Below are positions 24,965 through 37,703 of a stretch of DNA of 61,831 nt, one piece after another. Source of the stretch: Chiloscyllium plagiosum. Taxonomy: Eukaryota. How positions within the stretch are numbered: position 1 is the first letter of the stretch; every line of letters begins with the position of its first letter. A program made the translations under genes and the position numbers. Where the stretch lies: assembly GCF_004010195.1 (NCBI RefSeq), contig NC_057719.1:75406965-75468795 (forward strand), in the 5' to 3' direction. The notes under the pieces are model-generated. The model ran no database searches. It was given only the letters and a program-made list of their open reading frames with translations, and was not told where the DNA came from.

Positions 24965-26509
24965 ATAGAGTCATAAAGATGTACAGCACGGAAACAGCTT
25001 CAGTCCAACCCGTCCACGCCAACCAGATATCCCAACCCAATCTAGTCCCACTTGCCAGCACTTGGCCCGTATCCCTCCAAATCCTTCCTATTCACATACC
25101 CATCTAGATGCCTTTTAAATGTTGCAAATGTACTTGCTTCCCTCCCCCCTCCGCTTCCTCTGGTAGCTCATTCCATATACGTATCACCATCTGCGTGAAA
25201 AAGTTGCCCCTTACGTCCCTTTTATATCTTTTCCCTCTCACCCTAAACCTATGCCCTCTAGTTCTGGACTCCCTCACCCCAGGGAAGAGACTTTTACCTA
25301 TTTACCCCTATCCGTGACCCTCATTAGTTTTAAACCTCTATAAGGTCACGCCACAGCCTCCGACACTCCAGGGAAAACAACCTCAGCCTATTCAACTCTC
25401 CCTATAGCTCAAACACTCCAACCCTGGAACATCCTTGTAAATCTTTTCTGTACCCTTTCTAGTTTCACAACATGCACTTTTCCAAAAGTGGCCTAACCAA
25501 TGTCTGTACAGCTGCAACATTACCTCCCAACTCCTGTACTCAATACTGTGACCAATAAAGGAAAACATACCAAATGCCTTCTTCGCTATCCTATCTACTT
25601 GCGATTTCAAGAAGCTATGGACCTGCACTCCAAGGTCTCTTAGAGTCATAGAGATGTACAGCATGGAAACAGACCCTTCAGTCCAACCTGTCCATGCCGA
25701 CCAGATATCCCAACCCTGGGGCTGTTTTCCCTGGAGTGTCGGAGGCTGTGTGGTGACCTTATAGAGGTTTAAAAAATCATGAGGGTTACGGGTAGTCCCA
25801 CCTGCCAGCACCCGGCCCATATCCCTCCAAACCCTGCCTATTCATATACACATCCAAATGCCTCTTAAATGTTGCAATTGTACCAGCCTCCACCACATCC
25901 TCTGGCAGATCATTCCATACATGCACCACCCTCTGCATGAAAAAGTTGCCCCTTAGGTGTCTCTTATATCTTTCCCCTCTCTCCCTAAACCTATGCCCTC
26001 TAGTTCTGGACTCCCTGACCCCAGGGAAAAGACTTTGTCTATTTATCCTATCCATGTCTTTTGGTCACACCCTCCACCACCACCCACTCCCTTCTACCTT
26101 CGAGCCAGTTCTGTATCCAAATGGCTAATTCTCCCTGTTTTCCATGAGATCTAACCTTGCTAACCAGTCTCCCATGGGGAATCTTGTCGAACACCTTACT
26201 GAAGTCCATATAGATTGCATCTACCACTCTGCTCTCATCAATCCTCTTTGTTACTTCTTTAAAAAACTCAATCAAGTTTGTGAGACATGATTTCCCACTC
26301 ACAAAGCCATGTTGACTATGCCGAAACAGTCCTTGCCTCTCCAAATACATATACATCCTGTCCCTCAGGATTCCCTCCAACAACTTGCCCACCACTGACA
26401 TCAGGCTCACTGGTCTATAGTTCCCTGGCTTGTCCTTACCACACTTCTTAAATAATGGTAAGGAAAAGCCAGGGAACTATAGACCAGTGAGCCCCTGATG
26501 TCGATGGTG
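24965..26509 (-). mobile_element. Rearranged cluster of CR1 fragments in the last COX16 intron
   Basis: ORFs 25786..26055(-) and 26048..26410(-) (QHGF..SCLTNL..YMDFSKVFDKIPH). Two 3' tails (about 24965 and 25641), a short + strand piece at 25713-25790, and a terminal foldback at 26390-26509. Confidence 0.9.
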
Positions 26510-26714
26510 TGTTAATTTCTTTTTGATGTGGGGCATTATATAGATTCCACTACATTTGTAAAAACTCTTTATTTCTTCAGTCACTGCCTTGCTACCATCT
26601 TAATTATTTCATAAATGTTCAATAGCTATAAGCTTTCCAGTCATCTTGTTTAAGAACATGTTGGTTTTCTGAGACCGTATGAAAGTACAATTCTTTTCCT
26701 TTTATTTAAAACAG

Positions 26715-26846
26715 AAACTACAGCAACAGAACTTGGATGACTGGGTAAATATCCGAGGACCACGTCCCTGGGAAGATTCAAAATCTTACCAAGATCAGCA
26801 GCGGAAGACTCAAAATGCAAACAATATCATTAACTCGAAACACTGA
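26715..26846 (+). CDS. COX16: COX16 terminal coding exon
   Basis: Acceptor ttcttttccttttatttaaaacag|AAA. Translates to KLQQQNLDDWVNIRGPRPWEDSKSYQDQQRKTQNANNIINSKH*, containing the COX16 hallmark DDWxNIRGPRPWE. TGA at 26844-26846. Confidence 0.96.
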   Translation, partial: KLQQQNLDDWVNIRGPRPWEDSKSYQDQQRKTQNANNIINSKH

Positions 26847-27045
26847 TCTTGATATATTTACTGGACATCTAGCTAAGCTGAAGATGGCTCTTCCTGAAAA
26901 GTTGAAAAGTATGTTTGCATTGATTTGATAGAGATGGTACTTTTTTGCAATATAATTTAAAATGGCCGATTGGAGACTTTGGAAAAGGAACTGCAGAGCC
27001 TATTGTAAATCTTTTCCAATGTATCTGATTGACTTTTGCTTTTTA

Positions 27046-27051
27046 AATAAA
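27046..27051 (+). promoter_or_regulatory. Probable COX16 polyadenylation signal AATAAA
   Basis: First canonical AATAAA I saw downstream of the stop codon, about 200 nt away, preceded by a U-rich tract. Confidence 0.6.
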
Positions 27052-27889
27052 ATAGCCCTTGATGTCATTGAGTGCACAATGAAAAGTGAGTTGTAAACTA
27101 TTGCTGAGAGAAAATTGACAAGCAAATGCTGTATCTTTATTTACTTCTCCAGTTAGTATTAGTGCACTGCTCTCGTTCAGCAGTCGTCTTCTGTTTCCTG
27201 GCAACCAGTTGCAGTAACTCTAAATTAACGTGACACTGGACCTGTGTGCAGTGCTGCTCATCTTGGTGTCAGCTTTCGCTGTAGTTGGCCAGAACCAAGC
27301 GAAGTTGATTTTGGCAATCATATAATTGCCCCTATAATTGCACATCTCTGACAATTCTATGAATGTATTTTGTGGAATTTTCACTGCGTAATGAGAACCC
27401 TAACTGGAACATGATTTGTTTAGGTAACAACTTGGTAAAACAGCTCTGGAGAAAATGTTTGTCTGTTTGATTTGTAGGTCGCCGGCTGCAGTTTATTCAC
27501 CATGAAAAGAAAGTAATGTAACCTTGATCATATTCATTAAATGTTGAATAGATGTATCATTTTGCCTTTCCCTTTCAGTACCCAAAATAACCTTGACTCA
27601 AACTTGTGAACACAGATGTTGCATTGTTGCAGGAAGAAGTGCTGCCTGAACACAGTTCATGTCTCTAACTTCTTGGCCAAACAGTTGTAGGTTTGTGAAC
27701 CACTTTGTATATTTGTTGTCCACCATGCGCAAATTTCTCAAATGCAAACACAGACGTTCAATTAGTTTTGTCAAAACGCAACCTGATGCAGTTAATTCCT
27801 GACTGTCTTTCAATTTGAGAGACAACATTGTGTAATACCTGCTGTGCCTAGACCAACAATGTTTGCAATTAATCCGTGGGCAAACTCTA

Positions 27890-28260
27890 CTCTGGAGGTG
27901 ATGTCACTGGACTAATAATGCAGAGCTTGAGCTAGTGCCTTGTGAAGACTCTGATTCAAATCCAAGCAAATCTAAATCCTAATCTTTGTAATGGTTGTTG
28001 GGCAAACACATCTTGTTCTTTAAGAAAGGAAATCTGCCTCCTTTCACTGTCTGATTTGCATGGGACACTCTGGCCCCAGAGCAGTGTGTGTGGTTCTTAA
28101 AAAAAACAAAGTATTCAGTTGAACCCAGTATCAGCCGTACAATCCTAAAAGGAATAAAACTGGTTGAACCAACTGCTATTGACTTAAGCAGTGGAGATTA
28201 CAGGCACATCTGCCTGTAGACTCTGCAAGGTCCTGCTTCATAACATTTGAAAACTTCCAG
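27890..28260 (+). mobile_element. Ancient 5' portion of a CR1/L2-group LINE or related SINE
   Basis: Resembles 45650-45960 (ctttaagaaaggaaatctgcc versus ctttgggaaaggaaatctgct). Confidence 0.4.
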
Positions 28261-30019
28261 GTATGTTGAAAAGGTGAGTAACCTTTGGGATATATTCCTT
28301 AGTTCAGTGTCACTGCAAACAAACTTTTTCTCCTACAGTCTAGAATGTGACCTGACTGACACCCTGGTCACTAACAAATGGACCAGTGATTGTAACAAAG
28401 AAGGTTTACTCAGTACAATTGTTAAAGGGATGTATCACACACTCAGGTATGCACTTCACCTCTGGAAAGGTAGTTGAATGAGCATGGACCCATTTCTGCA
28501 TCTAAAATAGGAAAGTGTCCCACCAATAAAATGGACCGAAGATCAGCTGAGGAATGTAAGCAGGTAAGAATATTACATTAAAGGATGATCAACGTATATG
28601 TCACATTGTCCTATCTCGAGTAGAGGGGGCATCAGGCAGTGATAAAGAATTGACCTGTATTTAATGATGACATAGTAATCCTAATAGCACTGAGATGTAA
28701 TTTTACAGTACCAACATCAAGGTTATTTAAATATTGCTAAGTTTAGAGTCAAAGCATGTTATTTGTTTTGGTTGTCAGATCTTTTGACATAATGGAAAGA
28801 AATGCTGTCCAAATGGATTGCATTTGCAAAGCAGAGACAAGAATCAAAAGAAACACTAGTGACGTTAACCTTTCCTTACAAGGTTATAGGAATCCCTGGG
28901 AATTGATTGATTTGAGCATAATGGAAGATATTTCTATTACTATGGAAGGCAGATTGTAGCGAAACCGTTGCATGCTCCTTGTGGGTTACTTATGGGAAGG
29001 ACGTTGTGAACATCGATTCCAGTGCTTCCACATCCAAGCATCCTACCAAAGACTTAAAGAAAATAGGACAAAAGGAATTTACCAAAGTATGTAGAGGAGG
29101 CACTATGATACTTGGCCCAGAGCAAGAACTGTATCAGACCTTCAACAGGGAAAATAGGTTTGGGATCAGATTTCATTTGGCGAAAGTGGAGAAATCACCG
29201 TCCTCAACATCTTGCATAGCATAGACAGAACAAGGCAAGAGATGTTCGGAGGACCTGAATTACTTGGATAAAGCATAGCAGAAGAACTAGAAAATAAAGT
29301 AGTAGAAGAACAAAATTGTTTTAAAATTATGAATTACAGATAGAAAAAATAATATTTGTAGTCTTTTGAAAACTAGTTTTTGCTGTTTTCTGACAATAGT
29401 AAAAGTTGGTTCAATCCTTATTAAAACTGAATTTTGTCCACTGAGCACTTTTTTTTTAAAGTCTTCAGAAATGTTCATGTGCAACTCCAATTTAATGTGA
29501 TTAAAATATGACTCAATACCTTTTACTCCCACAGCTCATAGGTAATCATTACTCTGAGAGAATGCACAGAAGCCACAATTCAATTAGTGTCCAGTTCGAA
29601 TGGAGGATGATGTCATGCACATTTCAGTGCAACACCAATCCTGGGGAGCTGTTTGTTTCAAACCTTTGCATTTCTACATTTATAATCATGACAATGTAAA
29701 TACATATTTAAAACCCTGAGCTGACAAAGTCAACCAGCTATTTCCATGCTGTTTTTCTTTTTCATTATAAATATCCCTGCAGTGGTTTTGCTACTGTACT
29801 GGCAGGCTAGATGTGGGTGGAAGTGCTCTTTAAGATGGAGTTTTGCATAATGTGGAATGAAGGAACTGTGGTTATTTCAAATATAATAATCAATATATGC
29901 CGTATAGCATTCTGGATGTATAACCAGACTTGATTTTTAACTGCTTAGTTTGACTGGTATTGTTAACAATTGTGTAACCAACAGACTACTTTCAAGCGTG
30001 AAATAAAGTGAATGTTGGA

Positions 30020-30665
30020 AATATGAAATGCGAAAGTTTAAAAAATTGCTGGAAAAACTCCGGTCAGGAAGCATCCATGGAGAGAGAAACCGGGCTAGCA
30101 TTTCAGATAGATGACCATTCATCAAAATTGTACAGAAACAGGAATACTAGAGTTTTGAAGCCGCTGGTAGGGAGGCAAAGACCTGTGAAAGTTCGGAGGT
30201 CCAAGGAGATTGATTGATTCATTAACAAAAGATTTAATGATGCAACAGCCAAACAGAGTGGTAATCAATATTGTGAAGAAACAGGTTGTGGAAGAAAGTC
30301 CACTTCAGATATGAATTGGTTCATTAGAAACCAATATGAAGGGATAAAGGAAGAAATGAGGTGGGGGGGTGGAGAAAATGGATAAACAAAAAGCAGGTAG
30401 ATTAAGGTTGAGCCATGGTGTGGCCTGCAGAATTTAAACTCATTGAGTCCCAAAGGCTGTGGAGGGCTGAGTAAGACCTTGTTTCTCGAGCTTGAGTTGT
30501 GCATCACTGGAACACTGTAGGAGGCAATGGGCAGAAAGGTTAGCACGGGAATAAGGTGGAGATTTAATATGACAAACAGCTAGAAGCTCAGATCGCACTT
30601 CTCAGTGGGTACACAGTCTGCATTCAATCTCTCCAGTGTAGTGAAGGCTGCCATGTGAACAGCAT
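30020..30665 (-). mobile_element. Ancient Penelope-like remnant
   Basis: Terminus motif (attgctggaaaaactc..gcatccatggagagagaaac) followed by sequence collinear with 17480-17710. Confidence 0.55.
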
Positions 30666-30829
30666 TCCCTCTAATCTTCTGGGTGAACCTTCAAACTCTG
30701 TGCATGGCAGTGACTTGCAGAATCGGAAGTGTGTGTTGCATTGGTGGCAGTATGCTGATTGCTATGTCCAGGACATTGGGGTTTGTGCATGCATCACACA
30801 CGGAATGTTGATTGTGAATACTGAATAAA

Positions 30830-31140
30830 CATAGAAACATAAACTTGAAATAGGAGTAGACCATTTGACCCTTTGTGCCTTCAATAAATGGCTGATCCTC
30901 CTATATCAGCACCATATTTACTTGCTCCCATACCCCTTGGTATTATCTGTCTCTTTCTTGAATATACTCAGTGACTTGTCCATCTGCTTTCTGTGGTCGA
31001 GAATTCAACAGGTCACTACCCTCTCAGTGAAGTATTATTTCCTTATCTCAGAGCCAACTGGTTAACCCCATATCCTGAGTCTGTGTTCTCTGATTCTAGA
31101 CTCCACAAACAGGGAAAGCATCCTCCCTGAATCTAGTCTA
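30830..31140 (-). mobile_element. Old CR1 3' end
   Basis: acatagaaacata tail, and reverse similarity to 8800-9140. Confidence 0.65.
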
Positions 31141-31204
31141 GCCATTGTACCGAGGTACCTTTGTGTGGTGACAAAGTAGTAAGGAAAACAGTTTAAAAAG
31201 TTAA

Positions 31205-31590
31205 GCAGTTAACAGGCCCAGGCAGTGGGTAGTGGACCAGTAATTGCCTGCCCCTCTTCCACGGTTATGTCTGAGCCCAGGTGTCCCTGGAGAAGGAGCA
31301 CATGGTGTCCACCAACACCCTCGAGGTTTTCAGGGAGAGGTGGGCACTGCAGGGAGTGCAGTGTATTATTTCCCTCTCCAACTCTATTTTGATTTAATGT
31401 CTGCCCTCTCCTGTTTGATCTTGCAGCATTGCCCTTTGATGAGAAGGGTGCTGCTTATCCCTGGCCACTCGAGTGTTTCCTTTCTTCCTGATGGTGGAAT
31501 ATCAATAAAGTTTTACACACTTGTTGTTCTTCACCATGTCCTACACCTGCACATAAACTACATGGGTACTGGGAAAAATAAGCACGTATG
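31205..31590 (+). mobile_element. Probable L1/Tx1-group LINE 3' end
   Basis: DCLPLF.GYV.A.V.LE-like degenerate C-terminus followed by a 3'UTR with aataaa. Recognised by resemblance only. Confidence 0.4.
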
Positions 31591-32199
31591 CAGTTAGGCA
31601 GTAGTGTGGAGCAGAAAAAGAAAAATGAAAGAAAAACAGGAGGGGAAAGAAAGTGTCAGAGGTTCTGCTCACTCTGAGAGTTGCCTCTGACGCAATTGGA
31701 TCAGAAACAAAAAGTTTAGCAGTACCTTAATTGAATAAGTAGAAAAATAAAGAAATAAGGTAATAGTTAACATTAAAGTCTGTTTGAGTTTAAACTAGAA
31801 AATGAAGGAATTAAGTTAAAAGTTCAACAGTCTTTTGAGTCCTTTGGAACTTATCTCGCTCTTTGGGCGAGCAGCCTGCTTTCAATGCTGTTGCCATAGA
31901 TACCAGAGGGGAGCCGCCACCCATCTGGTGTCTCCAGAACATGCTTGAGCAGAACTCACTCGCACGCCAAGCTGTGACACTGCTACAAGCTGTCAAGAGA
32001 CTGGGCCAATCCATGGCCAGGAGACAGGTCAGATACACCAGATGGAATGGTAATGAAGATGTGGGGAGTTCACGGATTTGTCGTGAACATTGATGGGAAT
32101 CCTATATCCAGAAATGGGAAAAAGAACAGTCAAGGAAGGGTCAGGAAGTGTTGGGGATGGACCAGGTGGAAGTAAAGGTGGAATTCAAAACAAAGTTTA

Positions 32200-32552
32200 C
32201 AAAAGCAAAACCCTGCAGATGCTAAAAATCTGAAATAAGCAGAAATGGCTATAAAAACTCAGCAAGGCAGGCAGCATCTGTGGAGAGAAACAGTTGAGCT
32301 TTTAGGTCGATAACCTCCAATCAGAACTGAAGAGAGAAAGAAATGTGAGGATTTCTAAACCGGGGAGGAGGCTGGGTGCTGATCTTCTGCATTCTTTCTG
32401 CCCCTTGCCTGCTTCCACTGACTATTTCCCCCTCCATGTATGCACACACTTTTTCCAGCTCTCTTCAAATCCGATCAAGGACTGACCTGAAGCATTAAAG
32501 CCTGCTTCTCTCCACTGCCTGACCTACGGCGATTTTTTCCAGCTTTTTCATT
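32200..32552. mobile_element. Two inverted decayed Penelope termini
   Basis: 32200-32330 (ctgcagatgct..ctcagcaaggcaggcagcatctgtggagagaaa) faces an opposite-orientation copy at 32470-32552. Confidence 0.5.
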
Positions 32553-33929
32553 TCCTGACCCATTGGTACTACTGGGTAAAAATGGAGCCACAGCTATCCA
32601 GCAACTTCAAATACCATCAAAGATATCTCCCTAAGCTATTGACAACAATATTTAAATAATGCACTTGAACTCAGCAGAAGTCTCTGCTATAGATGCTCCG
32701 TTTGCTGATTGATTTATGAAGCTAGAATCCTGTGACTCCATTGGGTGAGTTTATCTCCCTTGTACAAGGGTGTAAGAAATGATATTTCTTTGCAGGTCTT
32801 CGTGTGAACCAGAGTGAAGAGTGCTTCCATCGCAACAAGTTATTTTGATCCCAAAGGAAGGATATTGTCCATTTTACATATGGGAACTGATTAAATTGAA
32901 ACAAATTCGTTAAAATGGCCTTCACAAAGAAAGAGCGAGAGTTCCTTGCATCACTGAAGTACTATCTGTGACAGAAATATTCCGTGAAGTTGAGTGAGAA
33001 ACTGTTTTTGTCCACCAGTTATCAAGTGGTATTCTACTTGGATCAGCATGCGGCAAAGTCTGTGTTTGGATATTTAACTAAAATTAAAATCAATTAAATG
33101 TAGCCACTTCTATAGGTCAGATGTGAAGACTTGATAATAGATTCCGTAATGTACACTGTTACTGAAAGTCTTGTATTGATACAACATGTAACTCCAAGCT
33201 GTCATTCTAAAAGAACTCAGCTATGAAGATAAGTAAGGATCAGTCCTCTCTGTGTTAGCAGCTATTATTTGGAATAGCCATGTGGGTTCAATATATGATC
33301 TTGGTCATCCTGGTTAAAGGATGGAGTAAGAGAGAAATCAATGAGGATTCTGGATCTTGATTCAGTGATAGGAACGTCATGCTTGAAAGTGAAGACAAAA
33401 GTGTAACATGAAGATGGTCTTTCTTATGATGTCCTCTTACATCAAGTAATCTGATGCTCTTGCTGTGGAAGCTCATGTACCAAGTGCATTCACTTGAGGT
33501 ACTGGGGGGGACCTAATTCTTCAACTTCACCACTAATCGCCACTAATTCTTCAATTTCAAATTAACACATGAATTATAATAGACTACCAATTCAGGCAAA
33601 TTAGATTTATTAACAAGAAACATTCCTTTGTACTTCCAGTATTTTGTAGCCTTCAAACACACACTCAGTAAATATTTATTGAATAAGAAGCTACACCAAG
33701 AAATGTGACGCTCAGGAAATTCACCAGTGTTACAAATGATATAATCCTTAATTGCATTAAATGTAAAATGTAATTTCACTACTGACTTAAGTACAACTAT
33801 AATCTGAAGTGAAGCGTTAGAGGCAAATTCAGGGTTTATTGATTGCAAGTTCCTCCAAGCTTATAGGTCATGTTTAAGGGTGTCTAAAGTAGCCAATTGT
33901 TCGTCCACATTAGAAAATATATTGTGCAT

Positions 33930-34221
33930 AGAATCCATATAGTTAGAGGCCATTTAGCCCATTGACTCTGCACCAACCCTCTGAAGAGCATCCCACCCAC
34001 CTCCCATTTACCATAAGTAACCCACCTGGCCAGAAGAGCGGGCAACTTTGCATGATCAACCCACCTAACCTTTGGACTGTTGGAGGAAACCAGAACATCC
34101 AACGGAAACCCACACAAACACTGGGAGAACATGCAGACTCCACACAGACAGTCACCTAAGGCTGGTATCGAATTTGGATCCCTGGCACTGTGAGGCAGTA
34201 GTGCTAACCATTGAGCCGCCC
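33930..34221 (-). mobile_element. Diverged HE1-type SINE
   Basis: Reverse-complement similarity to the other copies. Confidence 0.8.
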
Positions 34222-34499
34222 TTTATTGTATGTCAGCATGTTGCTTCTGAATTAAAAATGTGATTAAACACATTTTGCAGGTAGTTAGAGCCCCAGGAGA
34301 TAGCACTACTAAATGCCTGCCTGTTTCAAATAAATCATCGGGGCGTTGTTAACACGCGCAATTTCCAAACTGAGGAGGTTCTCTCGTATAATTAACCATA
34401 AACTCTGAAATTAATGTACAATCAAATTAAGTTATATTATATATTAGACTGTATCGTTGATGTAGAGAAATGTAGAAGTTGTTTATAACTGTCCCTGCC

Positions 34500-34810
34500 A
34501 AAACTAGGCATATTTAGTACTGACAATGAGTATTAATGGGATCATTTCACAATAGTAATGGAGCATTTCCACTTAAGACCACAGTGAGGAGGAATTTTAT
34601 CGCAGAAGGTCATTAATCTTGAAATTCCCTATGACAGAGAGCCGTGCAGACTTAATCATTGTACACATTTTTTTTTTAACTTTTTTTTGCTCTTAAAGGG
34701 ATAAAGCATTATGAGAGACAGGTAGGAAAGTGCAGTTAAGGTCACCATCAAATCGATGCTTATAGAATAGCAGAGTAAGTTTGAGGAGCTGAATGGCTTT
34801 CTCTTGTTAC
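34500..34810 (+). mobile_element. Old CR1 3' end
   Basis: Similarity to 8830-9140. Confidence 0.5.
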
Positions 34811-35597
34811 CAAATTTAATGTTCATAAAATAAAATATGGTATTTGTGTACTTTTCTAGAACAAAAAATATAAACAATCAATTTTAATATTTGCTAATTA
34901 TTTTTAGATTAAAAGCACTGAGTTTTCTAAAATGGCAATCTACATGTATATAAAATTCCTTTCTGGAAGGAATCTTTGTACTTTCTCCTGTGTTCTTTTA
35001 TAGAATGTAATATAAGCAGATTCTTTGTTCCCAAGTTGCTGGTCTTACCTTTTTGAAATTGAACACTAGGATGTGCAAGAGAGCACAGAGGAGTGATTTG
35101 CTCTGATTTTTGTTCTCCTTAGAGAGAAAGCAGTTGCCACAATACTCCATAATGCAGGAGGGCTCCTGGGCAGTAGTTCACTAACACTTGGCCACATAGT
35201 GCTTAAGCCCCAGGTCCTGAGCCTTTTTGTTTTGCATGTACATTTGTTTTTAGAATTTTGTTAGCGAGAAGATTTTGAAACAATTAATTTGAAATACACT
35301 GTGCTCTCTCCAGTCCATAAGTTTGGGACCAAGTAATTTCAGAATTGTAAAAAGATGTTAAAATACCAAACTTCATTGTAGATATAAATGTTTATCTGAA
35401 GCATAAAACATTGGGAAAATATTAGAAAGCACTCATAAACATTGTCTTATTTATTCAAATACTGTATCTTCAATGCTTCTGTTTCCAAAGTACAGGTCTT
35501 GGATCTGCTCAAAACATTTCTGGATAACTAGTGTTGTCAAACAATAGATTTCCAAACTATGTATAATTGTCATACTGCTGAATAAATAGCCCAATTA

Positions 35598-35970
35598 ATC
35601 CGCCTACTTGCGGAACGTTTCTGAGAACACCTCTGGGACACCCAGACCAACCAACCCAACCACCCCGTAGCCCAACACTTTAACTCCCCCTCCCACTCCA
35701 CCAAGGACATGCAGGTCCTTGGACTCCTCCATCGCCAGACCATGGCAACACGACGGTTGGAGGAAGAGCGCCTCATCTTCTGCCTGGGAACCCTCCAACC
35801 ACAAAGGATGAACTCAGATTTCTCCAGTTTACTCATTTCCCCTCCCCCCACCTTGTCTCAGTCAAATCCCTCGAACTCAGCACCGCCTTCCTAACCTGCA
35901 ATCTTCTTCCTGACCTCTCCGCCCCCATCCCACTCTGGCCTATCACCCTCACCTTGACCTCCCTCCAACT
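35598..35970 (+). mobile_element. Penelope-like GIY-YIG C-terminal fragment
   Basis: RLLAERF*EHL..PVAQHFNSPSHS, then ORF 35709..35894 (MQVLGLLH..RRLEEERLIFCLGTLQP). Confidence 0.85.
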
Positions 35971-36224
35971 CTGTAACATCCAACAGTCTCCACTACCATT
36001 CAACACTTGCTGGCTCTCAATTTGTATTTGTTGAAGTCTACACATCTCTGTAAGCAGCACAGAAAAATACACTTTTGACTCAACATAGCTCCGTCATGAA
36101 CAAGCTACTATCTCTATTTCCTTCGCCTTCTTCCGTGTCTACAACTCTCGCTGTATCTTCCACTAACCAGCTTTCGACACAGCAGGTCTGCCCAGCTCCC
36201 CAGATAACCTGTTCCATCCCATAT

Positions 36225-36492
36225 NNNNNNNNNNNNNNNNNNNNNNNNNNNNNNNNNNNNNNNNNNNNNNNNNNNNNNNNNNNNNNNNNNNNNNNNNNNN
36301 NNNNNNNNNNNNNNNNNNNNNNNNNNNNNNNNNNNNNNNNNNNNNNNNNNNNNNNNNNNNNNNNNNNNNNNNNNNNNNNNNNNNNNNNNNNNNNNNNNNN
36401 NNNNNNNNNNNNNNNNNNNNNNNNNNNNNNNNNNNNNNNNNNNNNNNNNNNNNNNNNNNNNNNNNNNNNNNNNNNNNNNNNNNNNNNNNNNN
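36225..36492. other. Assembly gap (others at 3209-3295 and 56631-56656)
   Basis: Runs of N. Confidence 1.
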
Positions 36493-36930
36493 ACCCGGCC
36501 CATATCCCTCCAAACCCTTCCTGTTCATACACCCATCCAAATGCCTTTTAAATGTTGCAATTGTACCATCCTCCACCACTTCCTCTGGCAGCTCATCCAT
36601 ACACGTACCACCCTTTGTGCGAAAAATTTACCTCTTAGGTCCCTTTTATATCTTCCCCCCTCACCCTAAACCTATGCCCTCTAGTTCTGGACTCCCCCAC
36701 CCCAGAGAAAAGACTTTGTTTATTTATCCTATCCGTGCCCCTCATGATTTTATAAATCTATAAGGTCACCCCTCAGCCTCCGACACTCCAGGGAAAACAA
36801 CCCCAGCCTATTCAACCTCTCCCTATAGCTCAACCCTGGCAACACCCTTGTAAATCAATTCAGAACCCTTTCAAGTTTCACATTCTGATAGGAAGGAGAC
36901 CAGAATTGCACGCAATATTCCAACAGTGGC
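36493..36930 (-). mobile_element. CR1 3' region (abuts gap 36225-36492)
   Basis: Collinear with the reverse complement of 49240-49700. Confidence 0.9.
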
Positions 36931-37034
36931 TCTTAAGTACATGTGAAGCACTTTGTAGCTGTTGGATTGATTTTGAATTATTGCTAGGTTTATTTATTAG
37001 CTACATGTACTTGCTCATTTTTACACAGCCCAGT

Positions 37035-37370
37035 AAACAACAACTTGTATTTACATAGTGCCTTTAGCGCAGTAAAATGTTCCAAACACCTACACAGGTA
37101 TAATTGTGAAACAAAATCTGATACGGAGGCACGAAAGGAGCTATTAAAACAGGTGACCAAAAGTTTGGAAGGAGATGGGTTTTAATGAGTGTGCTGACAG
37201 TTGATGGTGAAGCAGAAAGATTTAGGGAGGGAAGTTTGGGGTTTCGAACCCAGGAGCTGAAGGATTGGTTGCCAATGTGCAACAATTAAAATAAGATGCA
37301 GAAGAGATCAGCATTAGAGAAATGGAGATATCCTTAAAGGCTTTTAGAGTTGGAGCAGACTACTGAAAGA
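37035..37370 (-). mobile_element. Old L2-like LINE 3' end
   Basis: Starts acaacaacttgtatttacatagtgcctt, the typical antisense L2-type tail. Confidence 0.5.
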
Positions 37371-37377
37371 GGCTAAA

Positions 37378-37703
37378 GGGGCGGCACAGTGGCTCAGTGC
37401 TTAGCACTGCTGCGTCACAGCATCAGGGACCCGGGTTCCCGCCTCAGGCGACTGTCAGGGTGGAGTTAGCATATTCTCCTTGTGTCTTTGTGGGTTTCCT
37501 CCGGGCACTTCGGTTTCCACCCACAATCCAAAGATGTGCAGGTCAGGTGAATTGACCATGCTAAATTGCCCATAGTGATAAGTGCATTAGTTAGATTTAG
37601 GGTAGGGGAATGGGCCTGGGCAGGTTACTGTTCGGACGGTCGGTGTGGACTTGTTAAGCCAAAGGGCCTGTTTCCACACTGTAGGGAATCTAATCTAATC
37701 TAA
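37378..37703 (+). mobile_element. HE1-type SINE
   Basis: tRNA-like head, V-domain, aatct-repeat tail. Confidence 0.9.

Noticed and set aside
28756-29224. ORFs 28756..28959 and 28979..29224 as a host gene
   Set aside because: Only a faint resemblance to a decayed LINE endonuclease (DCIC.AET..LSLQGY), too weak to call either way.
33478-33560. Small hairpin (caagtgcattcacttg) and short direct repeat ctaattcttcaa
   Set aside because: Short enough to arise by chance or slippage, with no supporting context.
36075-36600. ORFs spanning N runs (also 3085-3755 and 56456-56839)
   Set aside because: Their length is an artefact of assembly gaps.
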